DNA from: Blastocatellia bacterium
GTDB lineage: Bacteria; Acidobacteriota; Blastocatellia; UBA7656
Reading direction: 5' to 3'
Assembly (NCBI GenBank): GCA_963765495.1
Contig: CAVXWP010000004.1
Coordinates: 295,876 to 359,875 of the forward strand
Length of the DNA: 64,000 nt
Shown: positions 30,569 through 42,434 of the stretch, in pieces
Layout of the letters: the number at the start of each line of letters is the position of its first letter
How positions within the stretch are numbered: position 1 is the stretch's first letter
Position numbers and translations under genes: made by a program
Notes under the pieces: model-generated
The model's database searches: none
Told to the model about the DNA's origin: nothing
Seen by the model: only the letters and a program-made list of their open reading frames with translations

Positions 30569-30721
30569 TTGACAGAGGTTGAAGAGGATAGGTATTATTT
30601 AGTTTGATATATTCCGGTTCCGGTCGTAAAACTACCAGAGGGTTGCACAGAGATTCGAGCAGGCTACGTAAATCGTTCAATCACATCAGAATGTTGAAAC
30701 CTGTTCAAAGGATGGGGCGTA
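30569..30721 (+). promoter_or_regulatory. Candidate sigma70 and ECF-type promoters of the exporter operon
   Basis: TTGACA(30569)-N18-TATTAT; TGAAAC(30695)-N17-CGTA. Confidence 0.4.
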
Positions 30722-30774
30722 ATAACAAGCGGTTACAAAGTGGCATCTAAAAATTCGGAGGAAAATTCTTTTAT

Positions 30775-32241
30775 ATGCAATTAAATAAGAAGAAGAAGAT
30801 TATCATCATATCGGCTGCCGTAGTCGGTCTTATCACGATAGTCATCCTGTCGAGCGTGCTCCAGAAGAAAGAAGGCGAGCCGGTGCAAACCGGAAAGGTC
30901 GAACGTCGCACCAAACTTGAATCGAAGGTGACGGCTTCGGGCGAGATTCGTCCGGTCAAATTTTATAATCTGACTGCGGAAGTGCCCGGTCGCGTCGAAG
31001 AGATTTATGTAAACGAAGGCGATGCGGTAAAGAAGGGGCAGCCGCTTGTGCGCGTAGACCCTACGCAAACATCCTTTGCGGTCTCGGCCAACGAAGCGAA
31101 CGTGCGGGTCTCTCAGGCCGATGTGGCAAATCAGCAGGTAGCGGTTCAGCAGGCTGAGAACAACATCAACCAGACAAAAGCCAATCTGGCTGCCGCCCAG
31201 GCCGATCTCGAACGCAACAAAGCAGACCTCCAACTCGCCGAAAACGAGTACAAACGCTATCAACAACTGGTCGAAGGCGGCGTGGCTACCAAGTCTCAAT
31301 TCGATCAGGCAAAATCGAGATATGATCAGGCCGTAGCCGTCGTCAACGCGCAACAATCGCGCATCAATCAGCTTCGGTCTCAGATAAAGGATGCCGAGCT
31401 TGGAGTAGAGCGCGCACAAGCGGCCCTCAACTCCGCTCAGGCGCATGTCAGACAGACGCAGGCGCAACTCTCTCAGCAGACCGACCAGCTAAAGAAGACC
31501 ACGAAATATGCCCCCATCGACGGGGTAGTTTCAAGCCTCCCGGTAAAGGTCGGCGAGTATGCGCTGGCCAGCTTTTCGACCACGCCGCTCTTGACGGTCG
31601 CCGATATGTCGCAAATCAATGCTGAAATCAAGGTTGACGAAACCGATATCGCCGATGTTCAGCTGGGTCAAAGAGTAAAGATCAAGGTGGATGCGCTCGG
31701 CGATACCGAGATCGACGGCGAGGTCATCGAGAAGGGCGCATCGGCCATCACGCGATCGGGCCAGACGATCTCTTCCAGTGCTTCGAGTTCGCAGGAAGCC
31801 AAAGATTTTCTGGTAAAGGTAAAGCTTGAACCTACTCCCGAAGTCCGCGACAAGCTCCGGCCCGGGATGTCGGCAACCGCTGTAATTACAACCGCAACGG
31901 TTGAAAATACCTTGACGGTTCCGCTACAGGCCATTGTGCCTCGCGAGGTGCCGAAGGAAGGCGCGGAAAATAAAGAAGGCGAAGCGAAGAAAGAAGGCCA
32001 GCCGGAAGCCGGAGGCGCGGCCCGCAAGAAAGAAGTGGAAGGCGTATTCCTGTTTGATAACGGCAAGGCTCGCTTCCAGCCTATCGAGACCGGCATCAAA
32101 GGCGATCAGGACATAGTCGTCCAGAGCGGTTTGAAGGAAGGTGACGAAATTATCACCGGGCCATACAAATCACTCCGTACGCTGAAAGATGGCGATCAGG
32201 TGAAGCGCGAGGCGAAACCGGCAGGCCCTGAGACTAAATAG
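30775..32241 (+). CDS. Periplasmic adaptor / membrane fusion protein (MacA/YknX-like)
   Basis: N-terminal TM, V.EGD.VKKGQ.L, long coiled coil, APIDGVV, VDETDI, LRPGMSA. Confidence 0.92.
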   Translation: MQLNKKKKIIIISAAVVGLITIVILSSVLQKKEGEPVQTGKVERRTKLESKVTASGEIRPVKFYNLTAEVPGRVEEIYVNEGDAVKKGQPLVRVDPTQTSFAVSANEANVRVSQADVANQQVAVQQAENNINQTKANLAAAQADLERNKADLQLAENEYKRYQQLVEGGVATKSQFDQAKSRYDQAVAVVNAQQSRINQLRSQIKDAELGVERAQAALNSAQAHVRQTQAQLSQQTDQLKKTTKYAPIDGVVSSLPVKVGEYALASFSTTPLLTVADMSQINAEIKVDETDIADVQLGQRVKIKVDALGDTEIDGEVIEKGASAITRSGQTISSSASSSQEAKDFLVKVKLEPTPEVRDKLRPGMSATAVITTATVENTLTVPLQAIVPREVPKEGAENKEGEAKKEGQPEAGGAARKKEVEGVFLFDNGKARFQPIETGIKGDQDIVVQSGLKEGDEIITGPYKSLRTLKDGDQVKREAKPAGPETK

Positions 32242-32345
32242 ACCTGAACGTAAATAGAGTTGCTCACCAGAGTAAAGAGACATCATGCTCTACCTCTTTA
32301 CTTAACCGGACTTCACAGGTAAGAGTGGCAGATAGAGGCGATGAA

Positions 32346-33086
32346 ATGATTGAAGAAGCTGTGCTCCAGAGAGAACGTGTATTCGTAGGTTCCGTGCCGG
32401 ATACGGATACAGTAATAAAGACCGACGATTTGTGGAAAACCTATGTGATGGGTGCCGAAGAAGTACACGCCTTGCGCGGCGTTTCGGTCGATGTGCCTCG
32501 CGGCGAATATCTGGCCATCATGGGGCCTTCGGGTTCCGGTAAATCTACGCTGATGAATTTGATAGGCTGTCTCGACACTCCGACATCGGGCGAATATGTG
32601 CTCAACGGCAAGCTTGTATCCGAGATGGATGATGACGAACTCGCTCACATCCGAAACAAAGAGATCGGATTCGTCTTCCAGACATTTAACCTGCTACCGC
32701 GCGCCTCTGCGCTTCACAACGTAGAGTTGCCGCTCATCTACAATGGAACTCCGAGGGCGCAACGTCTGGATATGGCAAAGCGTGCGCTTGAGCGTGTAGA
32801 CCTGGGACCGAGAATGAATCACAAGCCCAACGAATTATCGGGCGGCCAGCGTCAGCGCGTGGCCATAGCCCGCGCGCTTGTCAATAACCCCTCGATCATA
32901 CTGGCCGATGAGCCTACGGGTAATCTCGACTCGCAAACATCGCAGGAGATCATGGGATTGTTCGATAATCTGCACAGTCAGGGAAACACTATCATCCTTG
33001 TCACGCACGAGCCTGATATTGCAGAACACGCCCATCGAGTGCTGCACATTCTGGATGGCCGCATAAACAGGGACGAGCGAAGATAA
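32346..33086 (+). CDS. ABC transporter ATP-binding protein (MacB/LolD type)
   Basis: [35 protein letters not shown]; alternative GTG start at 32325. Confidence 0.95.
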   Translation: MIEEAVLQRERVFVGSVPDTDTVIKTDDLWKTYVMGAEEVHALRGVSVDVPRGEYLAIMGPSGSGKSTLMNLIGCLDTPTSGEYVLNGKLVSEMDDDELAHIRNKEIGFVFQTFNLLPRASALHNVELPLIYNGTPRAQRLDMAKRALERVDLGPRMNHKPNELSGGQRQRVAIARALVNNPSIILADEPTGNLDSQTSQEIMGLFDNLHSQGNTIILVTHEPDIAEHAHRVLHILDGRINRDERR

Positions 33087-33221
33087 ATAACGAAAGAAAG
33101 TAATCAGCCTTTCAGGCAGCGGGCAGGATGAATAATCATCGCTCGCTGCCTATCGTTTTTCAAAAGAGTTGTTATAATAGAGGCGCGGTCGCAGTGATTC
33201 TGTCGGCAACTCAACCTTTTT

Positions 33222-34451
33222 ATGAACAAATTCTTCGAAGCAGCCAAGATCGCCATCTCCTCCATAATGGCGCATAAACTCAGATCATTTCTGACTCTGC
33301 TGGGTGTCATCATAGGTGTAGCCGTGGTAACGGCGGTCGCCACGGTCATCGAAGGGGCAAACGTCTATATCAAGGAAAAGATCGCCACGCTCGGGTCGGG
33401 AGTATTTCGCATACAGAAGGCTAGCTTTAGCGGGTTTGGTAACTTCGAAGAATTCTTAAAGGCTTTCCAGAGAAATCCCGATCTCACGATGGACGACCTC
33501 TACGCGCTGCGCGAATCGGTTACGCTTGCCGACCAGATAGGGGCGCAGGACGGCGCTACCCAACAGATCAAAAACGGCAATATTTCGCTTGAAGCCGTGG
33601 GCGTTCAGGGCGTGACGCCAAACAATATTTTCCTTTCAAGCGTAGAGGCGGCACAGGGTCGATACATCAGCGATTTCGATGAAGCCGACCGCAAACCCGT
33701 CGCATTTCTGGGCTCTGAGGTAGCCACGGGGCTGTTTCCCGGGGCCGACCCTATCGGCAAAGAGATAAAGATCGGGCGGGATCAATACACGGTCATCGGG
33801 GTGGCAAAAGGGCTTGGGACCGTGCTCGGATTTTCGCAGGATAATTTTATCCATATTCCGATGTCGGCTTTCTTGAAAGCCTACGGTCGCCAGCGCTCGC
33901 TCACTTTTGCCGTGCGGGTGCGCGAAGGGGTCGAGCCTGAAAGGGCTCAGGATCAGGTTCGCGTGGTGTTACGCACGCGCCATAAACTCGATTACTCTCA
34001 GCCGGATGATTTTTCGATAGTGACCGATGAAGTGACCGAGCAATTGTTCGGGTCGATTACAAACACCGTTGCGGCAGTGGCCTTCCCCGTCGTGGGCATA
34101 TCGCTCGTCATTGGCGGAATAGTGATAATGAACATCATGCTTGCAACTGTCACCGAGCGCACCCGTGAAATAGGAATACGCAAGAGCCTTGGCGCAACCC
34201 GCCGCGACATCCTTATTCAATTCCTTGTCGAAGCGAGCGTATTATCGGGGCTGGGCGGGATTATAGGGCTGCTTCTGGCAATAACCATCATGACCATCGT
34301 AGGCAAATTCGCGCCCGTACCCGTCGCCATTCCGGTCTGGGCTCCTGTCATAGCCATCACGGTGTCTACGCTGGTGGGAGTATTTTTTGGCCTCTACCCG
34401 GCCAATCGCGCTGCGCGACTCGACCCGATCACAGCGCTCAGAGCAGATTGA
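33222..34451 (+). CDS. ABC transporter permease (MacB/FtsX type)
   Basis: RSFLTLLGVIIGV; GGIVIMNIML..VTERTREIGIRKSLGA; AARLDPI.ALR. Confidence 0.93.
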   Translation: MNKFFEAAKIAISSIMAHKLRSFLTLLGVIIGVAVVTAVATVIEGANVYIKEKIATLGSGVFRIQKASFSGFGNFEEFLKAFQRNPDLTMDDLYALRESVTLADQIGAQDGATQQIKNGNISLEAVGVQGVTPNNIFLSSVEAAQGRYISDFDEADRKPVAFLGSEVATGLFPGADPIGKEIKIGRDQYTVIGVAKGLGTVLGFSQDNFIHIPMSAFLKAYGRQRSLTFAVRVREGVEPERAQDQVRVVLRTRHKLDYSQPDDFSIVTDEVTEQLFGSITNTVAAVAFPVVGISLVIGGIVIMNIMLATVTERTREIGIRKSLGATRRDILIQFLVEASVLSGLGGIIGLLLAITIMTIVGKFAPVPVAIPVWAPVIAITVSTLVGVFFGLYPANRAARLDPITALRAD

Positions 34452-34560
34452 GCGTGAATCGTGAATCGCGATCCGTGATTCGAACAGGTTTGAAAGTAGT
34501 TTAAAACCGGCGGCCTGCCTGAAGGTCACGCATCACGATTCACGCGTCACGATTCACGCA
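34452..34560. repeat. CGTGA/TCACG heptamer-flanked element
   Basis: (CGTGAAT)n ... (TCACGAT/TCACGCA)n filling the whole intergenic gap. Confidence 0.88.
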
Positions 34561-34565
34561 TTACT

Positions 34566-35828
34566 ATGAACATTTACGAAATAGGCGAAAACGTATTGAT
34601 GGCACTCGATACGCTGAGGACTCATAAAGTCCGCTCGGCTCTAACGATGCTCGGCGTCATCGGCGGCACTATGACTGTAATTGCCATCTCATCGTTTCTT
34701 ACGGGTCTTCGCCAGTTTGTGCTGGATCAGACCGAGAGATTTGGACCCGATCTGGTCTTTGTCACGAAATTCGATAGCATAGGCATACGCTTCAGCAGGC
34801 CCTCTCAAAGCGAACGCACCCGCAAAGAACTGACCGTCGAAGATGCCGAGGCCATAAGCCAGCTTCCTTCCGTTATGGAAGCAAGCCCGCAATTGATCGT
34901 TGGGTCATTCGCGCCTAGCGCCACTCAGCCCGTCATAAAGTATCGCGGAGTTGAAGCCAATCGGCCAATGATCTTTGGCGTTTGGTCAAATTATGATCAG
35001 GTCCGCAACGTATATATAAAACGCGGGCGTTTCTTTACCGACATCGAGCAGCAACGTCGGGCGCAAGTTACAATCATTGGCTCGTCCATCGCCGAAACCC
35101 TTTACGCCGGGCTCGACCCTCTTGAAAAGGAGATCGAAGTAGAAGGCCAGATTTATCGCGTCATCGGCGTGCTGGATAAAGCACCGGGCGGGCTGTTCGG
35201 CGGCGACCCCGTGGAAGACCGCCAGTTGCTTGTGCCATTCGATACTCTAAAGGCCAACCACCCTGAAATTGACTCGATCACTATCAATGTCAGAGCCAAA
35301 CCGGGCCAGTACGGCAAAATGGTTGACGAGTTGACCGAATTATTGCGCCGTCGCCGGGGCGTTCCCGCCCGCAAGCCAAGTGATTTCGGGTTGAGCACAC
35401 CGGAGGGCATCTTCGACGCGCTCAACCAGATAGCCATCGTCGCCAGCATGATCGTAGTGCCGCTCTCGGCAGCCGGGCTGCTTGTCGGCGGTATCGGCGT
35501 GATGAATATCATGCTTGTGTCGGTTACCGAACGCACAAAAGAGATTGGCGTGCGCCGAGCTATCGGGGCGCGGAAGGCAGATATAATCTGGCAGTTCCTG
35601 ACCGAGGCCGTCACATTGACGGGTGTGGGCGGCGTGATAGGCATCTTCGTCGGCTGGCTTGTGAGCCTGCTGCTCAGACTTCTCGCTCCAACGCTTCCCT
35701 CCTCTATCCCGCTCTGGGCTGTACTATTAGGTTTTTTTGTGTCCTGTACGGTGGGGCTAGTTTTTGGTTTGTGGCCTGCGGTGAAGGCGGCTCGTCTTGA
35801 CCCTATAGAAGCATTGCGGTATGAATAG
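34566..35828 (+). CDS. ABC transporter permease (MacB/FtsX type)
   Basis: RSALTMLGV; GGIGVMNIMLVSVTERTKEIGVRRAIGA; AARLDPIEALRYE. Confidence 0.93.
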   Translation: MNIYEIGENVLMALDTLRTHKVRSALTMLGVIGGTMTVIAISSFLTGLRQFVLDQTERFGPDLVFVTKFDSIGIRFSRPSQSERTRKELTVEDAEAISQLPSVMEASPQLIVGSFAPSATQPVIKYRGVEANRPMIFGVWSNYDQVRNVYIKRGRFFTDIEQQRRAQVTIIGSSIAETLYAGLDPLEKEIEVEGQIYRVIGVLDKAPGGLFGGDPVEDRQLLVPFDTLKANHPEIDSITINVRAKPGQYGKMVDELTELLRRRRGVPARKPSDFGLSTPEGIFDALNQIAIVASMIVVPLSAAGLLVGGIGVMNIMLVSVTERTKEIGVRRAIGARKADIIWQFLTEAVTLTGVGGVIGIFVGWLVSLLLRLLAPTLPSSIPLWAVLLGFFVSCTVGLVFGLWPAVKAARLDPIEALRYE

Positions 35829-35886
35829 CCTCTATTCTGCCAGTCTGCTCCTATTCGCAGACTGGGGCAGAATGTCACCTGCGAGG

Positions 35887-36111
35887 CTAATTTGTCACAA
35901 CATGATAACCGGCTCCCTTTTTCACGGGCTGTTGTGTGCCTGAAATAAATCCTTCGTTGGTTTCATCCAGCAACATTATCATATTGCATTCAAGATCCGT
36001 GTATGATGAGACGTAGAGCACGGGTCTTATTCCTCTTACGGCACGTTGCAACAGCATCTGCTCATAAACATCAACTATGTCAACATCTGTATTCTGCCAT
36101 CTCGTTCCCAT
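35887..36111 (-). CDS. Small hypothetical protein (74 aa)
   Basis: Strong RBS GGAGGAG 6 nt before ATG 36111; sigma54-type site upstream. Confidence 0.55.
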   Translation of the reverse strand: MGTRWQNTDVDIVDVYEQMLLQRAVRGIRPVLYVSSYTDLECNMIMLLDETNEGFISGTQQPVKKGAGYHVVTN

Positions 36112-36160
36112 TTTATGCTCCTCCAATAAACTCGGTCATCCGTCCTGCATAACTATATAG

Positions 36161-36176
36161 AGCAATCTTCGTGCCG
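36161..36176 (-). promoter_or_regulatory. Sigma54 (-24/-12) promoter
   Basis: CGGCACGAAGATTGCT: GG-N10-GC, close to the consensus TGGCACG-N4-TTGCT. Confidence 0.65.
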
Positions 36177-36444
36177 TTTAGTTCCCTCATATCAGAGAAA
36201 AATTTACCCCTGATTCCTTAAGAATTGTTCGATCATGCGTCACTTGAAGTTCCCACAATCTCGACCTGGCCTGTATTGAAATAATAGACATGCTCTGAAA
36301 TGAAACAATATACAGCTTGCGATGAAGACTTATAGCTATACAGTTGGGGGGCAGGCAACAGGCGGATCAAGTCCAAATGAGTTACAAAGAGGCGTTACCA
36401 TTTGAGAAGATTCCTTACGCCTCTTTGTAACCCACGCACAGATG

Positions 36445-37275
36445 TTAGCCGCGAATAGCGGCGATGCCGATTTTAACAAGAACATAGACGCCCCACAAAG
36501 AGAAGACCAGAGCGCCCGTCTTGGTAGCAGTTACTTTCTTGGAACCGGCGATAGCAGCAAATCCTATGGATAAAAGTATGAGCAGCCAGATTGTGAAAAT
36601 GTCTATCGAGCCCGCGAGTGCCTTGATGACCGGCGAGAAATCCGAGGGCAGGAAAGCGCCTATATTCGTCGGGACAAATTCGGGTCCCTTCGTCGGGTCT
36701 ATCTGTGAAAGCCCCTCCCGATCTTTGACCATCAATGAAGCCGCAAAAACAATGGTGCTTACTACGCCGATGGCGACGTTGCTCCAGGATACCACCGATA
36801 GAATCTTCTTGAATGTAGTCTGCACTTGCATCAACATCAAACCAAGTGCGAAGATGCCTGCAAGAAAGAGGTAGACAATCGGCGTAAAGACCACGGCAAT
36901 CACAGGCGTGAATTTAGCTATGGTCCTTCCAATTGTGATCGACCTTTGCATATCGGCTTCCGAGGGCATCTGCCCGCCACTCTTTTCGACTTGTTCTCTT
37001 ATCTGCTTCCGTACGACCTGATCCCAATCGGGATTGACTCGCCAGTTAAAGAATAGCGTTCCAGCCAGCGCTATCACCATCGCAACGAGAATAGGTACGA
37101 GCCAGGTTGGCTTTCGATTTATGTCTTCAAAGGTCTCGCCCGGCGAAAGGAGCACGCCCGCAAGCCTGCCCGCAGGTCCTATCCGAGCCGTTTCTTCCGG
37201 CTCGGGTTGAAGGTTTATATCCGGAGCGCCGTATGCAGACGCCTCATTTTCTATTCTTTGATCCGGTTGGCTCAT
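36445..37275 (-). CDS. Yip1 family membrane protein (YknW-like)
   Basis: VLLSPGETFEDI..KP.W.VP; about five TM segments; IDIFTIW; RBS GGAGG. Confidence 0.82.
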   Translation of the reverse strand: MSQPDQRIENEASAYGAPDINLQPEPEETARIGPAGRLAGVLLSPGETFEDINRKPTWLVPILVAMVIALAGTLFFNWRVNPDWDQVVRKQIREQVEKSGGQMPSEADMQRSITIGRTIAKFTPVIAVVFTPIVYLFLAGIFALGLMLMQVQTTFKKILSVVSWSNVAIGVVSTIVFAASLMVKDREGLSQIDPTKGPEFVPTNIGAFLPSDFSPVIKALAGSIDIFTIWLLILLSIGFAAIAGSKKVTATKTGALVFSLWGVYVLVKIGIAAIRG

Positions 37276-37342
37276 GACTGTTCCTCCTCCAGGGGTAGAA
37301 GATTTTAGATTATCGTGGCGCATTATGCGCTTCGCGCCGCGC

Positions 37343-37411
37343 GATTTTGGATTTTAGATTATTGAGTTCAAGTATCAATTCTTACTGAATCCAAAATCCA
37401 AAATCTAAAAT
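37343..37411. repeat. Inverted heptamer array (GATTTTG)n / (AATCCAA)n
   Basis: Read directly. Confidence 0.8.
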
Positions 37412-37425
37412 TAGGGGAGAGCCTA

Positions 37426-38421
37426 CTACTTTTTTGTGCCCGGCGCAACAACCATACAGGCGACAAAGTGATCTGGAGCCACTTCGACCAGTTCGGGTTC
37501 CGATTCGGCGCACCTAGTTTCGGCCAGAGGACAGCGAGTGCGGAACCTGCACCCGGAAGGCGGATTTATCGCCGTTGGTATGTCGCCTTCAATCGGCAGC
37601 CGCGTGCGCCGCGCATCCGGGTCGGGAACGGGTATTGCCGACAGCAGCGCGCGCGTATAAGGATGCTGCGCATTTCTGAATATCTCGCGGCTCGGCGCTA
37701 TCTCCACAAGCTTTCCCAGATACATAATTCCCACCCGCGTAGATATATGCTCGACCACGCTCAACCCGTGCGAGATAAAGAGATAAGTAAGCTCAAGACG
37801 TTCCTGCAAATCCTGAAGCAGATTTACCACCTGTGCCTGCACGCTCACATCGAGAGCCGACACAGGCTCATCGCAAACGATGAATTTTGGATTGAGCGCA
37901 AGCGCCCGCGCGATGCCAACGCGTTGTCTCTGCCCGCCAGAAAATTCGTGGGGATAACGCGCGGCGTGATCGGGTTCCAGCCCTACAAGCTTCAATAACT
38001 CTGTCACACGGTCGCGGCGGTCGCGCTTCGTGCCTACATTGTGGATCGTGAGCGGTTCCGCAACTATTTCGCCGACCTTCATCCTGGGGTTGAGCGAAGA
38101 ATAAGGGTCCTGAAAAATTATCTGCATATCGCGCCGCAGCCTGCGCAATTCGTCTGCGCCGAGCGCGCCAATATCTCTTCCCTCAAACAGGACCTCGCCC
38201 GAAGTCGGCTCGATAAGTCTGAGAATGCACCGTCCCGTAGTAGATTTTCCGCAACCGGATTCTCCGACCAGCCCGAATGTTTCCCCTCGCCTCACAGCGA
38301 GACTCACATCATCAACCGCCTTGACGACCTCGCCGCCCACGCCAAGCAAACCTCCCCCAAGAGGGAAATATTTTCGTAGCCCCCGGACTTCCAACAGATT
38401 TCCATTTTCGCTCGCCGTCAT
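37426..38421 (-). CDS. oppF: Oligopeptide/dipeptide ABC transporter ATPase (OppF/DppF-like)
   Basis: [39 protein letters not shown]. Confidence 0.9.
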   Translation of the reverse strand: MTASENGNLLEVRGLRKYFPLGGGLLGVGGEVVKAVDDVSLAVRRGETFGLVGESGCGKSTTGRCILRLIEPTSGEVLFEGRDIGALGADELRRLRRDMQIIFQDPYSSLNPRMKVGEIVAEPLTIHNVGTKRDRRDRVTELLKLVGLEPDHAARYPHEFSGGQRQRVGIARALALNPKFIVCDEPVSALDVSVQAQVVNLLQDLQERLELTYLFISHGLSVVEHISTRVGIMYLGKLVEIAPSREIFRNAQHPYTRALLSAIPVPDPDARRTRLPIEGDIPTAINPPSGCRFRTRCPLAETRCAESEPELVEVAPDHFVACMVVAPGTKK

Positions 38422-38428
38422 TTCTTAT

Positions 38429-38471
38429 ATCTCAAATCTCAGTTTCGTATCTCGAATCTCAAATCTCAAAT
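38429..38471. repeat. (ATCTCAA)n heptamer array
   Basis: ATCTCAAATCTCAG...ATCTCGAATCTCAAATCTCAAAT; overlaps the oppD stop. Confidence 0.75.
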
Positions 38472-39506
38472 ACTCGCCTCTTGCCTGTGTCCCGATCTTT
38501 CAGGATGAGTTTGAGCATGTTTATCACCTATACAATCAAAGCGTATACAACGCGAAAGCCGCTCTTCGCTTACCGTCAACAAAGGTATCTCATCGGCCGT
38601 GCACTGCCCAATCACATAGGCGCAGCGAGGCGCAAACTTGCATCCCGCAGGCAAGGCCAGAGGGCTTGGCACGCTTCCTTCGATAGTGGCAAGGCGGCGC
38701 TGTCTTATGCCTTCTTCGGTCAGGCGCGGGACCGAGCGGAGCAATCCTTCTGTGTAAGGATGCCGGGGATCGTGAAAGATTTCGCGCACGGGCGACTGTT
38801 CGACCACTCGCCCCGCGTACATCACGGCCACGCGGTCGGCGGTCTCGGCCACTACGCCGAGGTCGTGCGTTATCAGCAGCATCGAAAGATCGAAATCATC
38901 TTTCAAGCCTCGCATCAAATCCAGTATCTCGGCCTGAATGGTCACGTCGAGCGCAGTCGTAGGTTCGTCAGCGATCAATAATTTCGGATTGCACGAGAGC
39001 GCCATCGCAATCATTACTCTCTGTCGCATCCCGCCCGAGAGTTGATAGGGATAATCGCCCGCTCGCCGGGCGGCATCGGGTATCCTGACACGCTCCATCA
39101 TTTCGATGGCCGCGCCCCAGGCCTGCTTGCGGCCCTGCCCAAGATGAAGTCGTATGGCTTCGGCGATCTGATCCCCCACCGTATAAACCGGGTTGAGCGA
39201 AGTCATCGGGTCCTGAAAGATCATCGCGATCTCGCTCCCGCGCAAGCGCCGCATCTCTTCCTCAGAGAGTTTCATCAGGTCGCGCCCGTTGAAATGTATC
39301 TCGCCCGAGGTGATCTCTCCCGGCGGCAGAACCAGCCGCATAATGGATAGACTCGTGACCGATTTTCCGCTCCCCGACTCGCCGACGAGCGCAAGCGTAG
39401 AGCCTCTCGGAATCTGAAAACCCACATCGTCAACCGCCGTGACGGTTCCGGCCCGCGTGTGGAATTGTGTGGTCAGATTTTTAACTTCGAGGATATTGTC
39501 AGCCAT
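38466..39506 (-). CDS. oppD: Oligopeptide/dipeptide ABC transporter ATPase (OppD/DppD-like)
   Basis: [44 protein letters not shown]. Confidence 0.9.
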   Translation of the reverse strand: MADNILEVKNLTTQFHTRAGTVTAVDDVGFQIPRGSTLALVGESGSGKSVTSLSIMRLVLPPGEITSGEIHFNGRDLMKLSEEEMRRLRGSEIAMIFQDPMTSLNPVYTVGDQIAEAIRLHLGQGRKQAWGAAIEMMERVRIPDAARRAGDYPYQLSGGMRQRVMIAMALSCNPKLLIADEPTTALDVTIQAEILDLMRGLKDDFDLSMLLITHDLGVVAETADRVAVMYAGRVVEQSPVREIFHDPRHPYTEGLLRSVPRLTEEGIRQRRLATIEGSVPSPLALPAGCKFAPRCAYVIGQCTADEIPLLTVSEERLSRCIRFDCIGDKHAQTHPERSGHRQEASI

Positions 39507-39533
39507 TAAACATTTTAACCCGGCAGCCCTGTC

Positions 39534-41135
39534 TTAATCATACTCCGCGCCCTTGTATTCGCCGAAGACAGCACGCAAACGATCCGATATTTCGCCAAGC
39601 GTCGCGTAGGCTTCAACAGCGCGTATGATGTGGGGCATCAGGTTTTCATCAACGCGCGCGGCCTGTTCTACGCCTTCCAGTGCCTCGCGTGCGGCCCTTT
39701 CATCACGCCGTTTGCGCACGCCTCGCAAGCGGGCAATCTGTTGCTGTTCAAGCTCCTCGGCTATACGCAGCAGAGGCACGGAAACCGATTCATCAGTGGT
39801 GAAGCGATTTACGCCGACTACGGTCTGTTCGCCTGATTCAACTGCCCGCTGATAATCGTAGGCCGCTCGTTCAATCTCGCCCTGAACGTATCCAATCTCA
39901 ATCGCCCTGAGCATTCCGCCCATCTCGTCAATTCTGTTTATGTAATCCGAAGCCAGTCGCTCGATCTCATTCGTCAGATGCTCGATTGCATAAGACCCCG
40001 CGAGCGCATCGGCCGTCGCCTCTACACCCGACTCGTAACCTATTACCTGCTGAGTCCTCAACGCGATGCGCGCGGCCTGTTCGGTAGGAAGCCCAAGAGC
40101 TTCATCCATAGAATTGGTGTGCAGCGATTGCGCCCCTCCAAACACAGCCGCAAGAGCCTGTATCGTAGTGCGCACGATGTTTACTTCGGGCTGTTGCGCC
40201 GTCAGCGAAGAACCGGCCGTCTGCGCGTGAAAGCGTAGCATCTGTGATTTCGGGTCGCGCGCATGGAAACGGTCGCGCATCAGCCGCGCCCACATTCGAC
40301 GGGCCGCGCGGAACTTGGCTACCTCCTCCAAAAACTGATTGTGCGAATTGAAAAAGAAGGCTATTCGCGGCGCAAAATCATCTACATCGAGCCCGCTTTC
40401 AATCGCCGCCTGCACATAGGCGATAGCGTCGGCCAGCGTGAAGGCTACTTCCTGAGCGGCAGTCGAACCGGCCTCGCGTATGTGATAACCGGAGATCGAA
40501 ATCGTATTCCATCGAGGCACTTCGCTTGCGCAATAGGCAAAAATGTCTGTTACAATGCGAAGGCTCGGGCGCGGCGGATAGATGTAGGTGCCGCGAGCGA
40601 TATACTCTTTGAGAATGTCGTTTTGAATGGTGCCCGAGATTTTGTCGGGTGAGACCCCCTGCCTTTTCGCCACCGCTATGTACATCGCAAGCAGTATTGC
40701 GGCGGTCGAATTTATGGTCATCGAAGTGGAAACTTTATCGAGCGGAATTGCCTCAAACAATCGCTCCATGTCGTCGAGCGTATCAATCGCTACGCCGACC
40801 TTGCCGACTTCGCCACGGGCCATCTGATGGTCGGAATCAAAGCCCATTTGTGTAGGAAGATCGAAGGCAACCGAAAGCCCTGTCTGCCCTTGCGCGAGCA
40901 GATAACGATAACGCGCGTTCGATTCTGCCGCCGATGCGTAGCCCGCGTACTGGCGCATGGTCCAGAGCTTCCCGCGATACATGGTCGGGTACGGCCCCCG
41001 CGTAAACGGAAACCGCCCGGGGTCGGCAAGATCACGTTCGTAATCTACCTCTGCATCCGATGGTCGAAAGACCTCTTCCATCTCGATGCCCGAGCTTGTC
41101 TTTGCTTCTCTCTCTGTGCGCTCTTTTGTGCTCAT
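39534..41135 (-). CDS. Methylmalonyl-CoA mutase, substrate-binding (large) subunit
   Basis: [48 protein letters not shown]; no DxHxxG B12-binding domain. Confidence 0.93.
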   Translation of the reverse strand: MSTKERTEREAKTSSGIEMEEVFRPSDAEVDYERDLADPGRFPFTRGPYPTMYRGKLWTMRQYAGYASAAESNARYRYLLAQGQTGLSVAFDLPTQMGFDSDHQMARGEVGKVGVAIDTLDDMERLFEAIPLDKVSTSMTINSTAAILLAMYIAVAKRQGVSPDKISGTIQNDILKEYIARGTYIYPPRPSLRIVTDIFAYCASEVPRWNTISISGYHIREAGSTAAQEVAFTLADAIAYVQAAIESGLDVDDFAPRIAFFFNSHNQFLEEVAKFRAARRMWARLMRDRFHARDPKSQMLRFHAQTAGSSLTAQQPEVNIVRTTIQALAAVFGGAQSLHTNSMDEALGLPTEQAARIALRTQQVIGYESGVEATADALAGSYAIEHLTNEIERLASDYINRIDEMGGMLRAIEIGYVQGEIERAAYDYQRAVESGEQTVVGVNRFTTDESVSVPLLRIAEELEQQQIARLRGVRKRRDERAAREALEGVEQAARVDENLMPHIIRAVEAYATLGEISDRLRAVFGEYKGAEYD

Positions 41136-41153
41136 ACAAATTCGCCCTGCTTT

Positions 41154-42434
41154 CTACTCGTTGAGATTAACAAAAGCCTCGCCCGCTTGCCAGAGGGCCG
41201 CAGCCGCGCAGGTCACAAACAAAAGCAACGTTCCCGCAAAGACCAGCGAATGCGCGTCGGCCCACTCCGCGACAGAGAGACCGAGTATGCGGGGGCTGGT
41301 CAGGTTGAACAAAGCAGTTGTCACGGCGAGTGAAGTGATTAATGAGCACCTTCGAATCAAAGAGACCGACCTCGCAGATTCATAGATCAAAAAGCAGGCA
41401 GGCAGCAGGAGCGCGACGAAATGCGCCTTCCAACTGAGAGGCGAAAGCAACACAAGGCAACAGAAGAACGGGGCAACCGATGCCGCCTCTGTGCGCGCAA
41501 ACCGAGCTACCACTGCCGACACAAGAAGAAGCGCTATCGAGAGCGCGAGCGTCACAGGAGTCGAGGGCTTTCGAGAAGAATCTTCGGATTCTCCCGCAAG
41601 TCTTGCGACTGCGCCGCGAAGAGACTGATTGCCCGCGTAGCCGAGATCGAACCCCTGTTCATTTCTTATAGTTCGATTCACAAATGTCTTGAACGCATCA
41701 TTCGCGCTCGCTCCAAACGGGAGAAAACTCAAAAACGTGACAGCCGCGAGCAGGCTCACACAGAGAAGGGCAAATTTCAATCTCAGCCTTGCCAGGTGAT
41801 AAACGATAAGCAAGCCCGGCGTCAGCTTGATCGAAACCGCAAGCACAAGCGCCACAAGAGACAACCGCCTGCGGTCTTTTGCGTAAAGATAAATGTGCGC
41901 CACAGCCAGCCCCGCTACGATAGCGTTCACCTGCCCGTATGAAAACGTATCGAGAACGAAGCGAAGCACAACCACCAGCGCCCCCGCCGCGACCAGCCAT
42001 CGTTGAACGGGCAATTTCGAATTGGACCACGTGGACGGCAAATGTAGGGGCAGCCCTTGTGGCTGCCCGGATCGCGCGTAAGCGCGATGACGGTCCTCGC
42101 TCAAATTGAGCGCAGCCGCCATCCAGGCAGCGCACAATGTGAAGGCCGCGCTTATCAAAAACCAGATGTATGCGGCAACGGCGAGAGGCAACCATGCAAG
42201 AGGCACCATCAACTCGGCCAGAAGCGGGGGGTAAAGATAGGGTGTCCACTCTCCAAGCGAGCGAGCATAAGGGTTGCGCCCTGCAAGCGTCTCACGAGCG
42301 GCAAAGTAATAGACATTGAAATCGTTGCTGTAAACCCCGGCATCGGTCCCCGACTTCCGCGCAAAATAAAATCCGCCTGCCGCAAGTGCCACGACAAGCA
42401 GAATAAACCCGAACCGGATTTTGCTACGAGCCAT
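41154..42434 (-). CDS. GT87-family (GT-C) membrane glycosyltransferase
   Basis: DFNVYY, YLYPP, GQVN, IKL.P, NQSL, SPLSWKAH; multiple TM segments. Confidence 0.85.
   Translation of the reverse strand: MARSKIRFGFILLVVALAAGGFYFARKSGTDAGVYSNDFNVYYFAARETLAGRNPYARSLGEWTPYLYPPLLAELMVPLAWLPLAVAAYIWFLISAAFTLCAAWMAAALNLSEDRHRAYARSGQPQGLPLHLPSTWSNSKLPVQRWLVAAGALVVVLRFVLDTFSYGQVNAIVAGLAVAHIYLYAKDRRRLSLVALVLAVSIKLTPGLLIVYHLARLRLKFALLCVSLLAAVTFLSFLPFGASANDAFKTFVNRTIRNEQGFDLGYAGNQSLRGAVARLAGESEDSSRKPSTPVTLALSIALLLVSAVVARFARTEAASVAPFFCCLVLLSPLSWKAHFVALLLPACFLIYESARSVSLIRRCSLITSLAVTTALFNLTSPRILGLSVAEWADAHSLVFAGTLLLFVTCAAAALWQAGEAFVNLNE

Noticed and set aside
39534-41135. Mutase lacking a B12-binding domain as a truncated gene
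   Set aside because: Split large and small subunit mutases are common; the ORF has a normal end for the large subunit.
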